Of a DNA stretch of 64,000 nucleotides, positions 1 through 9,569 are shown in pieces. The stretch's first letter is position 1. Every line of letters starts with the position of its first letter. The position numbers and the translations under genes were made by a program. The notes beneath the pieces are model-generated. The model had not been told where the DNA came from. It saw nothing but the letters and a program-made list of their open reading frames with translations, and made no database searches. Source of the DNA: Acidimicrobiia bacterium (GTDB lineage Bacteria > Actinomycetota > Acidimicrobiia > Spongiisociales > Spongiisociaceae); NCBI GenBank assembly GCA_003229305.1, contig QIDH01000092.1, positions 47,408 to 111,407 of the forward strand, given 5' to 3'.

Positions 1-777
1 CTCATCGGTCGTGGTCTCGCATAGGTGAGCGACGGTGACTCCGGCTTCCAGCCAGCCCCACCGGTCCAGGAGTTCGATCGGCCTCGCCCCGTATCTGGTA
101 GCGGCCGTGGCAACATCGACCTGCTCGTTGGCCTGGGTTCGTCTGGCGAGACCAAACTCGGCCGCCACCTCGCCGAGCGCCAAGAAGGTGCCCTCCTCAT
201 CGCTGTGCACTCCTGCAGGACCGGTCGCGATCTGCACCATTCCGTCTGCACCGACTGCACCCCAACGCTCCGCCATCGCCGCGGTGCTTGAGGCCGCCAA
301 TCTGGCGTCGTCGCCCGCGGTTCCTCGTACGAAGACCAGCCGACCACCAAGGTCGTGAGCTGCCGAAATCGTTGCGTCCGCAATCTCCAGCGGATCCACA
401 TCCTCCGGCCAAGTCAGGTGGTGGTCTGCCACGGTCGTCACCCCTGCCAGGAGACCTTCGGCCACCCCGACCCTGGCCGCGGCTTGGGTCAAAGCAGGAT
501 CGACGCCGACCGACCGGTAGGCGGCGGACATCATGCCAAGCCAATCGGACATTGGCACGTTGCGAGTACCGGGCAGGGTTCGGAATGCAGACTGAACCAG
601 GTGATGGTGCGCATTGACCAGGCCGGGAATCACCGCGCACCCAGTGACATCGAGCACCGCAGATCCCGCGGCAGGCCGATCGACGAACACCCCGTCCGTG
701 ATGGCCAGATCCGTCGCACTCACTTCGCCGCCCGGCGTCCAGGTGAGCGCCGCTCCTCGGATTGTCAGATCTGCCAC
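1..777 (-). CDS. amidohydrolase family protein (chlorohydrolase/8-oxoguanine-deaminase-like), partial; C-terminus off window
   Basis: The frame is absent from the ORF track because it runs off the left edge. GTG start at 777. My translation is MADLTIRGAALTWTPGG...CAVIPGLVNAHHHLVQSAFRTLPG..., with the HxH metal motif of the amidohydrolase superfamily. The frame is open for 259 codons to position 1. Confidence 0.8.
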   Translation of the reverse strand, partial: MADLTIRGAALTWTPGGEVSATDLAITDGVFVDRPAAGSAVLDVTGCAVIPGLVNAHHHLVQSAFRTLPGTRNVPMSDWLGMMSAAYRSVGVDPALTQAAARVGVAEGLLAGVTTVADHHLTWPEDVDPLEIADATISAAHDLGGRLVFVRGTAGDDARLAASSTAAMAERWGAVGADGMVQIATGPAGVHSDEEGTFLALGEVAAEFGLARRTQANEQVDVATAATRYGARPIELLDRWGWLEAGVTVAHLCETTTDE

Positions 778-989
778 ATCGCACCGTACCAACGAGATCC
801 GCGGTCCGCTTTCAGCTCTCCGCCTTCCGCCAACCGGCACGGCGTCCTGAGAAATGGGTCGCGAGGGTGCCGCCATGTCGCGACTGGGGACCGCCGCAGC
901 CAGATTGTCATGCAAAGGGTTGCGGCGGAAAGCGGATGGCGGATGGCGCGGAGCAACACCCTCAGCATCCTCCTTGTACCGTGCCTCCC

Positions 990-1757
990 ATGCGACGACT
1001 TGCCGAGCTCAGCGCACCAGAGATTTCCGAACGGATCACCTCATCCTCGATCATCATCCAGCCGATCGGTGCGATCGAACAACACGGACCTCACCTGCCG
1101 CTGATAGTCGATCACCTGGTCGCCGACGCCGCGGCAACTCGGGTCGCCGAGGAGTACGGGGAGGAGCTCGACCTCTGGCTCCTACCCAGCCAGCCGGTCG
1201 GAAAGTCCAACGAACACGCCTGGTCGCCTGGCACTCTTTGGGTGTCGGCCACCACCCTCTTGGCGATGGTCAACGACATCGCCAGATCTGTGGCAACAAC
1301 CAAGGCTCGCAAGCTCGTCTTCCTCAATGGGCATGGGGGAAACAGCGCCCTGCTCAGCCTCGCCTTGCGAGAGGTAAGGCTCGCCCACGGACTCCAGACG
1401 TTCCTCATGCACCCCTTTGTGCCCCCTGACCAGGGCGGCGCTTCACAAGAAGCCGAACTCGGGATGGGTATCCATGGCGGACACGAGGAGACCTCCGTGA
1501 TGCTCCACCTGCGGCCGGACCTGGTGAAGATGGACATGGCCACTCGCAATGTGCCTGAATGGTTGGCCGACAACCGTCACGTACGCTTCGGTGGTGCTGT
1601 GCCTTTCGGATGGTTGTCAAACGACTTCGGCGAACACGGGCACATCGGTGATCCGACACGAGCCAACGCCGAGGAAGGCCGGAATCTGTTCGACCTCTGC
1701 GTGCGAATGCTGGGCGAACAACTCCGCGAGGTCAGCGCCTTCGAGTTCGACCGATAG
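990..1757 (+). CDS. creatininase family protein
   Basis: Internal ATG at 990 of track ORF 762..1757. Sequence MRRLAELSAPE...IIQPIGAIEQHGPHLPL...FLNGHGGN...HGGHEETS is a typical creatinine amidohydrolase/MftE-type family pattern. The upstream part of the ORF overlaps the divergent gene. Confidence 0.85.
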   Translation: MRRLAELSAPEISERITSSSIIIQPIGAIEQHGPHLPLIVDHLVADAAATRVAEEYGEELDLWLLPSQPVGKSNEHAWSPGTLWVSATTLLAMVNDIARSVATTKARKLVFLNGHGGNSALLSLALREVRLAHGLQTFLMHPFVPPDQGGASQEAELGMGIHGGHEETSVMLHLRPDLVKMDMATRNVPEWLADNRHVRFGGAVPFGWLSNDFGEHGHIGDPTRANAEEGRNLFDLCVRMLGEQLREVSAFEFDR

Positions 1758-1768
1758 GCCAAGAGTAT

Positions 1769-2356
1769 TCAAAGCTCTGCGAGCCGGCGCTGGACGCGGC
1801 GAAGGAAGGCCTGGCGGTCGGCATCGGTGGCGGTGTCCATGCCGTACATCGCGATCCATCGACTGCGGGCGAGGGGGTGGCACAGCGATCTAAGTCCGCG
1901 CAGGATCACCCGTTTGCCTGGTTCGCCCTGGAGCGTGTTGACCCATTTGCTCGAACCATGGGTGGTGACGACAGCCAGGCGCCTGACACCCCGTAGCAGC
2001 GGTTGGACGCGTTTGGCTCCCTCTGGGAACGTATATGCGACGCCCTCGACCAGTATCCGGTCGAACCAGCCCTTCAGCATGGCGGGTTGGCTGCCCCACC
2101 AGGTCGGATAGACGAATACCAGGGCCTCGGCGGCACGCAAAGAGGCGGCCTGCTCTGCGATCCCCGGTTTGGTTTCAGGGCCGTCCCGGTGGTGGACGAG
2201 GGCCTGGCCGGACAGCACCGGGTCGAAGTCGAGCGCGTAGAGATCCGCCAGATCAACCTCATGCCCTGCCCCTTCGAGCGTCCCCACGACGGTGTCACGG
2301 AGCGATGCGCCGAAGCTGTCCGGCACGGGATGGGCGAACACGACGTGGGCCCTCAC
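1769..2356 (-). CDS. flavodoxin-like fold NAD(P)H dehydrogenase (quinone) family protein
   Basis: 195 aa, GTG start. Sequence VVFAHPVPDSF...LVFVYPTWWGSQPAMLKGWFDR is a Flavodoxin_2/NQO-type signature. Confidence 0.85.
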   Translation of the reverse strand: MRAHVVFAHPVPDSFGASLRDTVVGTLEGAGHEVDLADLYALDFDPVLSGQALVHHRDGPETKPGIAEQAASLRAAEALVFVYPTWWGSQPAMLKGWFDRILVEGVAYTFPEGAKRVQPLLRGVRRLAVVTTHGSSKWVNTLQGEPGKRVILRGLRSLCHPLARSRWIAMYGMDTATDADRQAFLRRVQRRLAEL

Positions 2357-2937
2357 AGCTTTGCCATCCGTCTTTCGACCTTCGCCAAGAACGCCGCACG
2401 CTGGTCGGCGTTCGTGCTGTCAATCGAATAGAGCGGGTGCCAGGTGACTTTCGTCCGCTTGTGACAGACCAAACGCAGGGTGCGCGAGATGGTGCGTCGC
2501 CCTGCGTCGTTGAAGAACTGAGTGTAGCTCCTCGAGGATCCGTACGTGGTAATCGCCTCGAGTCGTCTGACGTTGGTCAGGGCAGGTTTCGGCCGACCGT
2601 CGCCAAGCGTGAACGCAACTCCTGGCACCAGCACCCGGTCCAACCATCCTTTGAGGATCGCCGGCAGCCCCCACCACCAGGTCGGATATACGAACACGAC
2701 AGTCTCGGCAGCTGTCAGGAGATCGGCTGATCGTCGTACCTGCGGATCGATGATCGGCTCGTCGGACTCGTAGGCAATCTGCTCCTCGGCCGACATCGCG
2801 GCGGCGAATCCTTCCTGGTACAAGTCGACCACATCGACGATATGGCCGCCGGATTCGAGCCCACGAACCGCCGCGTCTCGCAGTGCCCGACTGAACCCGT
2901 CACGATTGGGGTGGGCGTGAACCACCAGAACTTGCAT
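2353..2937 (-). CDS. flavodoxin-like fold NAD(P)H dehydrogenase (quinone) family protein (tandem paralog)
   Basis: ATG at 2937 (MQVLVVHAHPNRDGF...VVFVYPTWWWGLPAILKGWLDR). Its stop overlaps the GTG of the downstream paralog (GTGA at 2353..2356). Confidence 0.85.
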   Translation of the reverse strand: MQVLVVHAHPNRDGFSRALRDAAVRGLESGGHIVDVVDLYQEGFAAAMSAEEQIAYESDEPIIDPQVRRSADLLTAAETVVFVYPTWWWGLPAILKGWLDRVLVPGVAFTLGDGRPKPALTNVRRLEAITTYGSSRSYTQFFNDAGRRTISRTLRLVCHKRTKVTWHPLYSIDSTNADQRAAFLAKVERRMAKL

Positions 2938-3015
2938 CCAAACACGGTACCGCCTGATGGAGCCGGCGCCGCACCTGATCAATCGCAGCGCCTCAGCCCA
3001 CTAGCGTCAGTGGCC

Positions 3016-4266
3016 ATGACAGACCTGGCTCTGACCAACGCAATTCTTGTCGACGGACGACGGGTCGATGTCCTCGTCACGGACGGCGTGATCGACCAAG
3101 TGGCCGATGCCGAGAGAGCACACGGCCACCCGGTCGCCGACGAGAGGCACGATCTCGACGGTGCGCTGCTGCTGCCGGCCTTCGCCGATCCTCATACGCA
3201 TTTGGACAAGGCGCTGACCGCCGAACGGATCATCAACCAAACCGGCGACCTGATGGGGGCGATAGAGGCGTGGATGAATGCGTTGCCTTCGGTGACCGTA
3301 GGAGACGTCATCCAGCGCGCGACCGAGGCCCTCGATCTGTACATCGCAAATGGCGTGACGGCCATCCGTACACACTCCGACATCGGCGAGGGAATCGGTC
3401 TGCGCTCCATCGAGGCGCTGATCGAGGTTCGCGAATCCAACCGCGCCGACGTCGACATAGAAATATGTGGCCTGGTCATGTATCCCCTGACCGGACGGGG
3501 TGGTGAAACAAACCGACGGCTGCTGGGAGAAGCGATCGAGCTCGGCCTTGACCTGGTGGGTGGAGTGCCGGCACTCGACCCCGATCCGGCCGCCAACCTG
3601 TCGGCCACTCTCGACGCCGCAGAAGACGCGGGTTTGGCCGTCGATCTCCACATCGACGAGACGATCGATCCGGACGTACTGACCCTGGAAACCCTGGCAC
3701 ACCAGATCATCGACCGCGAGTTTTCTCATCCGGTGACCGCCAGCCATTGCGTGTCGCTTGGCATGCAAGCACCAGACCGCCAGCGGGAGGTCGCCGAGCT
3801 GGTGGCCGAGGCAGGTATCTGCGTTGTCTCGAACCCCCAGACCAACCTCTTTCTCCAAGGCTGGTCGACGCCAAGCGCCACCCCGAGGGGCCTGACTGCT
3901 ATCGCCGCCCTTCACGAGGCCGGAGTAACGGTGGCAGGTGGCGGAGACAATCTACAGGATCCGTTCAATCCGGTCGGCAGGGGCGATCCCCTCGAAACAG
4001 CCTCGCTGCTCGTCTCCGCGGGTCACATCACACCCATCCAGGCACTCGCTGCCGTGTCCGGCGAGGCCAGAAGGGTCATGGGACTGAGCACGACCATCGA
4101 GAAGGGAAGCCCGGCCGATCTGGTCGCCGTCACGGCCTCTTCGGTGCAAGCCGCGGTCGCGTCAGGGGGTACGGCAAGGCGCACATTCAAGGCAGGGGTG
4201 CTCACCGCCTCGTCTGAGCGGCTGTTCACCAGGTTCGCGCCTGGTCGCCACAAGGACCATGTATGA
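3016..4266 (+). CDS. cytosine-deaminase-like amidohydrolase
   Basis: ATG at 3016 inside track ORF 2842..4266. Sequence MTDLALTNAILVDG...LLLPAFADPHTHLDK...VDLHIDE...GGDNLQDPFNP resembles the CodA-type metal-dependent hydrolase layout. Confidence 0.8.
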   Translation: MTDLALTNAILVDGRRVDVLVTDGVIDQVADAERAHGHPVADERHDLDGALLLPAFADPHTHLDKALTAERIINQTGDLMGAIEAWMNALPSVTVGDVIQRATEALDLYIANGVTAIRTHSDIGEGIGLRSIEALIEVRESNRADVDIEICGLVMYPLTGRGGETNRRLLGEAIELGLDLVGGVPALDPDPAANLSATLDAAEDAGLAVDLHIDETIDPDVLTLETLAHQIIDREFSHPVTASHCVSLGMQAPDRQREVAELVAEAGICVVSNPQTNLFLQGWSTPSATPRGLTAIAALHEAGVTVAGGGDNLQDPFNPVGRGDPLETASLLVSAGHITPIQALAAVSGEARRVMGLSTTIEKGSPADLVAVTASSVQAAVASGGTARRTFKAGVLTASSERLFTRFAPGRHKDHV

Positions 4267-4401
4267 CCGCCTATCGGTCTGCAAAACTGTCGGTGAACCA
4301 CAAAGCAGCACAAAATCTGTCGGCGTGTGGGGCGGTCACCCAGCTCGGAGAGGAACGTTCATGAACTTCGCCACATTTTTCCTCTGGTCCGAGGCGATAC
4401 C

Positions 4402-5139
4402 GTGACTCTTAGGGTGACCGTGCTCGGTTTCAGTGGGAGCTACGCAGCGCCTGGCGGAGCGTGCAGTGGATACCTCGTGGAGTCCGGCGAGGCTCGATTC
4501 TGGGTGGATTGCGGTGCAGGCACCTTGGCCAACCTTCAAGTCCATCTCGACCTGAACGACCTGGACGCCATATTCGTGAGCCATCACCATCCGGACCACT
4601 TCGCAGAGTTGCCGATCGTCTACAACACCTTCAAGTGGTACCTGCACCGATCGAATGTGCCCGTCTACGCGCCGGCATCGGTTCGCGACATGGCCGACAT
4701 GATCACCGGCAACCCCACAGCCGACGTTTTCGAATGGCACGTCATGGGCGATGGCGACCGAATCGTCGTCGCGGACACCGAAATCTGGTTCGCTCGCACA
4801 GAGCACACCATCGAAAACCTCGCTACGCGTTATTCCGTTGCGGGTCAAACGTTGGTCTACACGGGGGACACCGGCCCAGGGTGGGACATGGCTGCGTTTG
4901 CGGGTGGGGCGGATTTCCTGATTGGTGAGGCGACGATGCTCGCCAGACAGGAAGACCCCGACATCCCCCACATCAGCAGCCGGCAACTCGGCGAGCGCGC
5001 CGCCCAAGCCGGCGTCGGCCGCCTCCTTCCAACCCACATCATGCCTGGCAACGACCCGGCCGAACATGTGCTCGAGGCCGCTGAGGCTTTCGGCGGGACA
5101 ACGGAACTTCCGATGATCGGCAAACGCTTCGAGGTTTGA
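4402..5139 (+). CDS. MBL-fold metallo-hydrolase
   Basis: HHHPDH (HxHxDH) motif in VSHHHPDHFAEL. I propose the GTG at 4402, preceded by GAGG at 4391, as the start; the track start at 4327 is less likely. Confidence 0.8.
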   Translation: MTLRVTVLGFSGSYAAPGGACSGYLVESGEARFWVDCGAGTLANLQVHLDLNDLDAIFVSHHHPDHFAELPIVYNTFKWYLHRSNVPVYAPASVRDMADMITGNPTADVFEWHVMGDGDRIVVADTEIWFARTEHTIENLATRYSVAGQTLVYTGDTGPGWDMAAFAGGADFLIGEATMLARQEDPDIPHISSRQLGERAAQAGVGRLLPTHIMPGNDPAEHVLEAAEAFGGTTELPMIGKRFEV

Positions 5140-5296
5140 ACCGCTCCTCGTGCACAACCAGCGACGGCCCAAAAGACAACGACGCTAGGGCTAAACCAAC
5201 CCGGCTGACCGAGGGAGGTACGGCCTGGCGCTGGTTAAGATCCGCCACGACTCACAGACGCTTTCTTCGCGTAACGCGGTTGAGAGAGGTATCAGG

Positions 5297-6073
5297 TTGG
5301 GGAAAACGTTGGCCGACACACAAGACGATGCCGTCGACGGCGCGTCGCCAGTGCTCCAGTTCCGAGAGGTGACCAAAGTATTCCCGGACGGGACTCATGC
5401 TCTGAACAACATCACCTTCGAGGTAAGGAGGGGTGAGTTCGTCAGCATCGTCGGGCCATCTGGATGCGGGAAGTCGACGATTCTGCGAATCGCCTCCGGC
5501 CTGCTCCCTGCGACACACGGAGATGTAGCGCTTGCTGACGACAATATCGGCTACGTGTTCCAGGACGCCACCTTGCTGCCGTGGCGAACGGTGCGACGTA
5601 ACGTCGAGCTGTTTGGAGAACTCCACAAGGTCGACAAGGAGGAGCTGACCCGCATCGCCCAGGACGCCATCGATCTGGTCGGCCTCACCGATTTCGAGGA
5701 TCATCATCCTCGCCGTCTGTCCGGCGGCATGAAAATGCGTGTCTCGTTGGCAAGATCGCTGACGCTCAACCCGGGCCTGTTTCTGTTTGACGAACCGTTC
5801 GGAGCCCTGGACGAACTCACCAGAGAGCGCCTGAACGAAGAGCTGCTCAACCTCTTCCTTTCCGAGAAGTTCGGGGCGGTGTTCATCACCCATTCGCTGT
5901 ACGAGGCCGTATTCCTATCGACCCGGGTGATCGCAATGTCTCCTAGACCCGGTCGTCTGATTCAGGAGTTCCACATTCCATTCGAATATCCGAGGCACCC
6001 TGAGCTCCGTTTCGAACCAGAGTTCGCCGAGATGACCGGCAAAGTCTCAGCCGCACTCAGGGCAGGCCAGTAA
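5297..6073 (+). CDS. ABC transporter ATP-binding protein (NitT/TauT-like)
   Basis: Walker A GPSGCGKST, signature LSGGMKMRVSLAR, Walker B LFLFDEPFGALD. TTG start at 5297 with GAGAGAGG upstream. Confidence 0.9.
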   Translation: MGKTLADTQDDAVDGASPVLQFREVTKVFPDGTHALNNITFEVRRGEFVSIVGPSGCGKSTILRIASGLLPATHGDVALADDNIGYVFQDATLLPWRTVRRNVELFGELHKVDKEELTRIAQDAIDLVGLTDFEDHHPRRLSGGMKMRVSLARSLTLNPGLFLFDEPFGALDELTRERLNEELLNLFLSEKFGAVFITHSLYEAVFLSTRVIAMSPRPGRLIQEFHIPFEYPRHPELRFEPEFAEMTGKVSAALRAGQ

Positions 6074-6963
6074 TGACCAGCGAAGACCAACTCGTCAGGG
6101 ATGGGACGCCGAGCACGGCTGCGAAGGAAGCCGAAACGTTCATCCCCCAACCCGAGCAAGGCCGAGGCCGACTCGCCCGGACCCTGGTCACCGTTGCCGC
6201 GCCGGCCGGATTCTTCGTCCTGTTCGTGACCGGCTGGTACCTCGTCAGCTACGTGCTCTTGACGCCTCGCAGACGTTTCCTGATGCCCCCTCCCCACGAA
6301 ATTATTGCCGAAGGGTTCGGTAAATCGGACAACCTCATCCAGATCCTCACAGGTCTCTGGCAGACCACCAGAGTCGCCTTTCTTGGACTGATCATCGCCA
6401 TAGCCATCGGCCTTGTTCTGGCAACCCTCATGAGCCAAGCACGGTGGATCGAAAACTCCGTCTACCCATATGCAGTGGTGCTCCAAACGGTTCCCATCAT
6501 CGCTCTCGTGCCACTCATTGGGCTCTGGTTCGACTACAACTTCCAGGCCAGGGTCATCGTAAGCGTGATCATTTCGCTGTTTCCCATCATCACGAACACC
6601 TTGTTCGGACTCAGGTCTGCCGATTCATCCCACCATGACCTTTTTACGCTGCACGGCGCGACCCGGATGACCAGGCTGCGCAAACTCATGATTCCGGGGT
6701 CGGTACCTGCAATGTTCACAGGGTTCCGCATCTCAGCAGGCCTGTCTGTCATCGGCGCGATCGTTAGCGATTTCTTCTTCCGCCAAGGTGCCCCTGGCAT
6801 CGGCAGGCTCCTCGACATCTACAGACTCAACATCCAGATGGAAATGCTCTATGTCGCGATCTTCTGGTCGTCGATGCTGGGTGTCGTCATGTTCTGGGGA
6901 TTCGGGCTGGTTGGCAACCTCCTGACCCGGAAGTGGCATGACGCTTCACTCGCCCGCGGGTAG
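6073..6963 (+). CDS. ABC transporter permease (NitT/TauT-like)
   Basis: Its start overlaps the ATPase stop (TAATG). The product is a multi-pass hydrophobic protein with a BPD_transp_1-like core. Confidence 0.85.
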   Translation: MTSEDQLVRDGTPSTAAKEAETFIPQPEQGRGRLARTLVTVAAPAGFFVLFVTGWYLVSYVLLTPRRRFLMPPPHEIIAEGFGKSDNLIQILTGLWQTTRVAFLGLIIAIAIGLVLATLMSQARWIENSVYPYAVVLQTVPIIALVPLIGLWFDYNFQARVIVSVIISLFPIITNTLFGLRSADSSHHDLFTLHGATRMTRLRKLMIPGSVPAMFTGFRISAGLSVIGAIVSDFFFRQGAPGIGRLLDIYRLNIQMEMLYVAIFWSSMLGVVMFWGFGLVGNLLTRKWHDASLARG

Positions 6964-7085
6964 ACGTCTCGATGGTATCGGCCGCCACCGCTTCGCCCGA
7001 TGTGGTAAACAATGCCCTTCGATCGGCTCGTAGAGGGGCCGTCTGGCAACGCGATCCCACCAAATCTTCTGGAGGAGGCAACCCA

Positions 7086-8270
7086 ATGCGAGTTTTTGAC
7101 AAATCGAACAGGCTGAAGCTGACGGCGATCGCCATCGGGCTCGCCCTCGTGGCAGCGGCATGCGGTGGTGGCGACGACGACACCGCGGCGACGCAGGCAC
7201 CGTCAGCTACAACGGCGACCCCGGTCTGTCCGGCCAACATCGTGATTCAGTCAGACTGGTTCCCCGAACCCGAACACGGCATGGCTTACAACCTGATCGG
7301 GGCAGGCGGAGAACAGGATGCGTCTAATGGCGTCTATTCCGGGCCTCTTCAGGCCAAATATGCAGATCGCTTCACGACAAGCGAAGTCCCCAACATCGAA
7401 GTCAGAGCGGGTGGCCCGTTCCTGGGCGATCAGCTGGTGACCCAGCTCTCATTCCTCGACGACGACATTACGTTTGCGTTCCAGTCGAACGATCAGGGGA
7501 TCCAGTTCTCGCAGGACTTTCCGATGCTGGCGGTGATGGCGCCACTCGAGATCAACCCCCAGGTGCTGCTGTTCGATCCAGACGAGTACGACTTCTCGAG
7601 CATCAGCGAGGTAGCAGATTCGGATGCCACCGTCCTGGCGTTTTCTGATCAGTCGACCTGGGTCAAGTTCTTCGTAGGAACCGGCCAGATCCGCCAAGAG
7701 CAGTTGGACCCATCGTATTCGGGCAGCGCTGCCCGCTTCCTCACCGAGGACAACATCATGAGCCAGGCCTTCGTATCCAACGAGGTCTACAAGTACGAGA
7801 ATGTCATCGAGGGGTGGCAAAAGCCCATCGGGTGGCTCCTTATGCACGACTCTGGCTACGAGATCTACTCCCAGCCAATGGTGATCAGGGCCGATCGCAA
7901 GGCCGAGCTCGATGAGTGTCTGAAGGTGATGGTTCCCATCTTCCAGCAGGCCGCCATCGACTACATCACCACCGACTGGGGACCGGTCAACGAAATGCTG
8001 ACTACCTACGTCACAGACATGGCAAGCTTCTGGCTCCTGGACGAAGGCATTAACACCGCTGCGGTGGAGATCATGCTCGATCTCGGCATCGTCGGAAACG
8101 GCCCAGATTCGACTCTCGGCAACTTCGACTTGGACAGAGTGCAGCGGACGATCGACCAGCTGCTCCCGATCTACGAAGCCGACGGATTGGACAGTTTCAA
8201 TCCAGACCTGACCGCCGAGGACCTCGTGACCAATGAATACATAGATCCGAGCATCGGCCTCGACGGCTGA
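7086..8270 (+). CDS. ABC transporter substrate-binding lipoprotein (NMT1/THI5-like class)
   Basis: ATG at 7086 after GGAGGAGG. The signal peptide plus lipobox LVAAAC is followed by a G/D/T-rich linker. The gene follows the ATPase and permease genes. Confidence 0.8.
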   Translation: MRVFDKSNRLKLTAIAIGLALVAAACGGGDDDTAATQAPSATTATPVCPANIVIQSDWFPEPEHGMAYNLIGAGGEQDASNGVYSGPLQAKYADRFTTSEVPNIEVRAGGPFLGDQLVTQLSFLDDDITFAFQSNDQGIQFSQDFPMLAVMAPLEINPQVLLFDPDEYDFSSISEVADSDATVLAFSDQSTWVKFFVGTGQIRQEQLDPSYSGSAARFLTEDNIMSQAFVSNEVYKYENVIEGWQKPIGWLLMHDSGYEIYSQPMVIRADRKAELDECLKVMVPIFQQAAIDYITTDWGPVNEMLTTYVTDMASFWLLDEGINTAAVEIMLDLGIVGNGPDSTLGNFDLDRVQRTIDQLLPIYEADGLDSFNPDLTAEDLVTNEYIDPSIGLDG

Positions 8271-8420
8271 TCCACCGCATGGCCGTCTGATGACAACGAC
8301 ATTCCCTGCGGCCAACAGACGGCCGTGGGGAACGCTCGGTTCCGGGATACATTGGGCTGGTCGAGGCCGGCACACGGATCCGCTCACTACGCTCGGCCGA
8401 AGAGGCGGGAGGCTTGCTAT

Positions 8421-9569
8421 ATGAAGACCGGAGTATTCCTCTTCGGCGGTGTGGAAATGGACGACGCCGGAGCTGGGCGGCCGGATCCCACCGACCGCCG
8501 CTACTCGACCGAGGTCGTGTGGAAGACCACCGAACGGATCCTGGACATGGGGGTCGCCGCCGACCGGCTCGGTTACGACTCCTTCTGGCTAACCGAGCAC
8601 CACTTCCAGTACGAGGGCTACGAGGTTGTCCCCAACGGACTCATCATCGGAACGGCCTTGGCCGAACGCACCAAAAGGATCCGGATTGGTTCGATGTTCA
8701 ACATCGTCGGGCAGTGGCATCCACTCCGTTTGGCGGAGGACTTCGCGACGCTGCACAACCTGAGCGGTGGACGCGGCATCCTGGGCATCGGACGAGGCAC
8801 CGTGCCGAGGGAGGCGGAGAACCTTGGCACCAAGATCGGCTCGTTCGACAACCCAGACGCCATCGCCGCAGACGAGTTCAACCGCAAGCAATTCAACGAG
8901 GCGATCGAGGTCATCTTGGCCGCGCTTCGCAACGAGACGTTCTCGTACGAAGGAGACGTGTACACGTTCCCGGTGCCAGGGATACCCGATCGGGGAGGCT
9001 TCGTTGAGGAATTGACATTGGTCCCTCGGCCAATCCATCCCTTCGAGGTGTGGCAGCCGATCACCCGCCCACCGACCCTCGAGTACGTACCGAAGATGGG
9101 TTTCAACGCAACGTTCTGGCTACGCCACCATTCCTACATCAAGGACTGGTGGGACAGATACGCTGCTTTGTGGACGGAGCATCAGGGCGGAATCCTGGGC
9201 AGGGGCGACAACCGAAACCTGGTCCTGAGCGTATGCGTCGAAGACTCGCGGGAAAGGGCCATCGAGTCTGTGCGAGCCGGACACGACGAATTCTGGAAAT
9301 TCTTGGCGCCCTACGGATGGAGCCGCGGCTACATGGGCCATGACGGCCGCCCGGTCGAGGCAGGCACGGTCCCTTCGCTGGAGGATTCGCTGGAGAACCG
9401 AACCTGGCTGGTGGGGTCGGCTGAAGACGTCATCGAGGGAATCAGCTTCTACAAGGAGACGCTCGGACTAGAGGACCTCATCATCTTCCCGAACATGCCT
9501 GGCGATCCGTATTCCAAGACCGAGGAACAGATGGCGCGCATGGCCGAGGAAGTCCTGCCCCACGTATAG
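8421..9569 (+). CDS. LLM class flavin-dependent oxidoreductase (luciferase-like monooxygenase)
   Basis: ATG at 8421. Sequence MKTGVFLFGG...LGYDSFWLTEHHFQYEGY...GRGILGIGRG is a luciferase-like family pattern. Confidence 0.85.
   Translation: MKTGVFLFGGVEMDDAGAGRPDPTDRRYSTEVVWKTTERILDMGVAADRLGYDSFWLTEHHFQYEGYEVVPNGLIIGTALAERTKRIRIGSMFNIVGQWHPLRLAEDFATLHNLSGGRGILGIGRGTVPREAENLGTKIGSFDNPDAIAADEFNRKQFNEAIEVILAALRNETFSYEGDVYTFPVPGIPDRGGFVEELTLVPRPIHPFEVWQPITRPPTLEYVPKMGFNATFWLRHHSYIKDWWDRYAALWTEHQGGILGRGDNRNLVLSVCVEDSRERAIESVRAGHDEFWKFLAPYGWSRGYMGHDGRPVEAGTVPSLEDSLENRTWLVGSAEDVIEGISFYKETLGLEDLIIFPNMPGDPYSKTEEQMARMAEEVLPHV

Noticed and set aside
197-1104. Several overlapping track ORFs (197..784 minus, 288..617 plus, 355..1104 plus) at the left edge.
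   Set aside because: All are Arg/Gly/Pro-rich, off-frame products typical of high-GC DNA. A different minus-strand frame (1..777) gives a clean amidohydrolase with an HxH motif and explains the region.
3007-3915. 302-aa ORF antisense to the cytosine-deaminase-like gene. Similar long antisense ORFs occur at 4336..5172, 7449..8387, 16379..17134, 41008..41751 and 62514..63524.
   Set aside because: Each lies fully inside, and antisense to, a gene with strong family motifs. The sequences are low-complexity and Arg/Gly-rich. Long shadow ORFs of this kind are expected in high-GC genomes.
4283-4325. Direct repeat AAAACTGTCGGTG / AAAATCTGTCGGCG upstream of the MBL-fold hydrolase gene.
   Set aside because: The copies are short (13-14 nt) and imperfect, with no adjacent regulator to link them to. 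This is possibly a binding site but is not supportable from sequence alone.
5140-5296. Leader upstream of the NitT/TauT-type ABC operon, examined as a possible TPP (THI-box) riboswitch.
   Set aside because: The CUGAGA and ACCUGAUCUGGAUAAUGCCAGCG-type conserved elements are not present.
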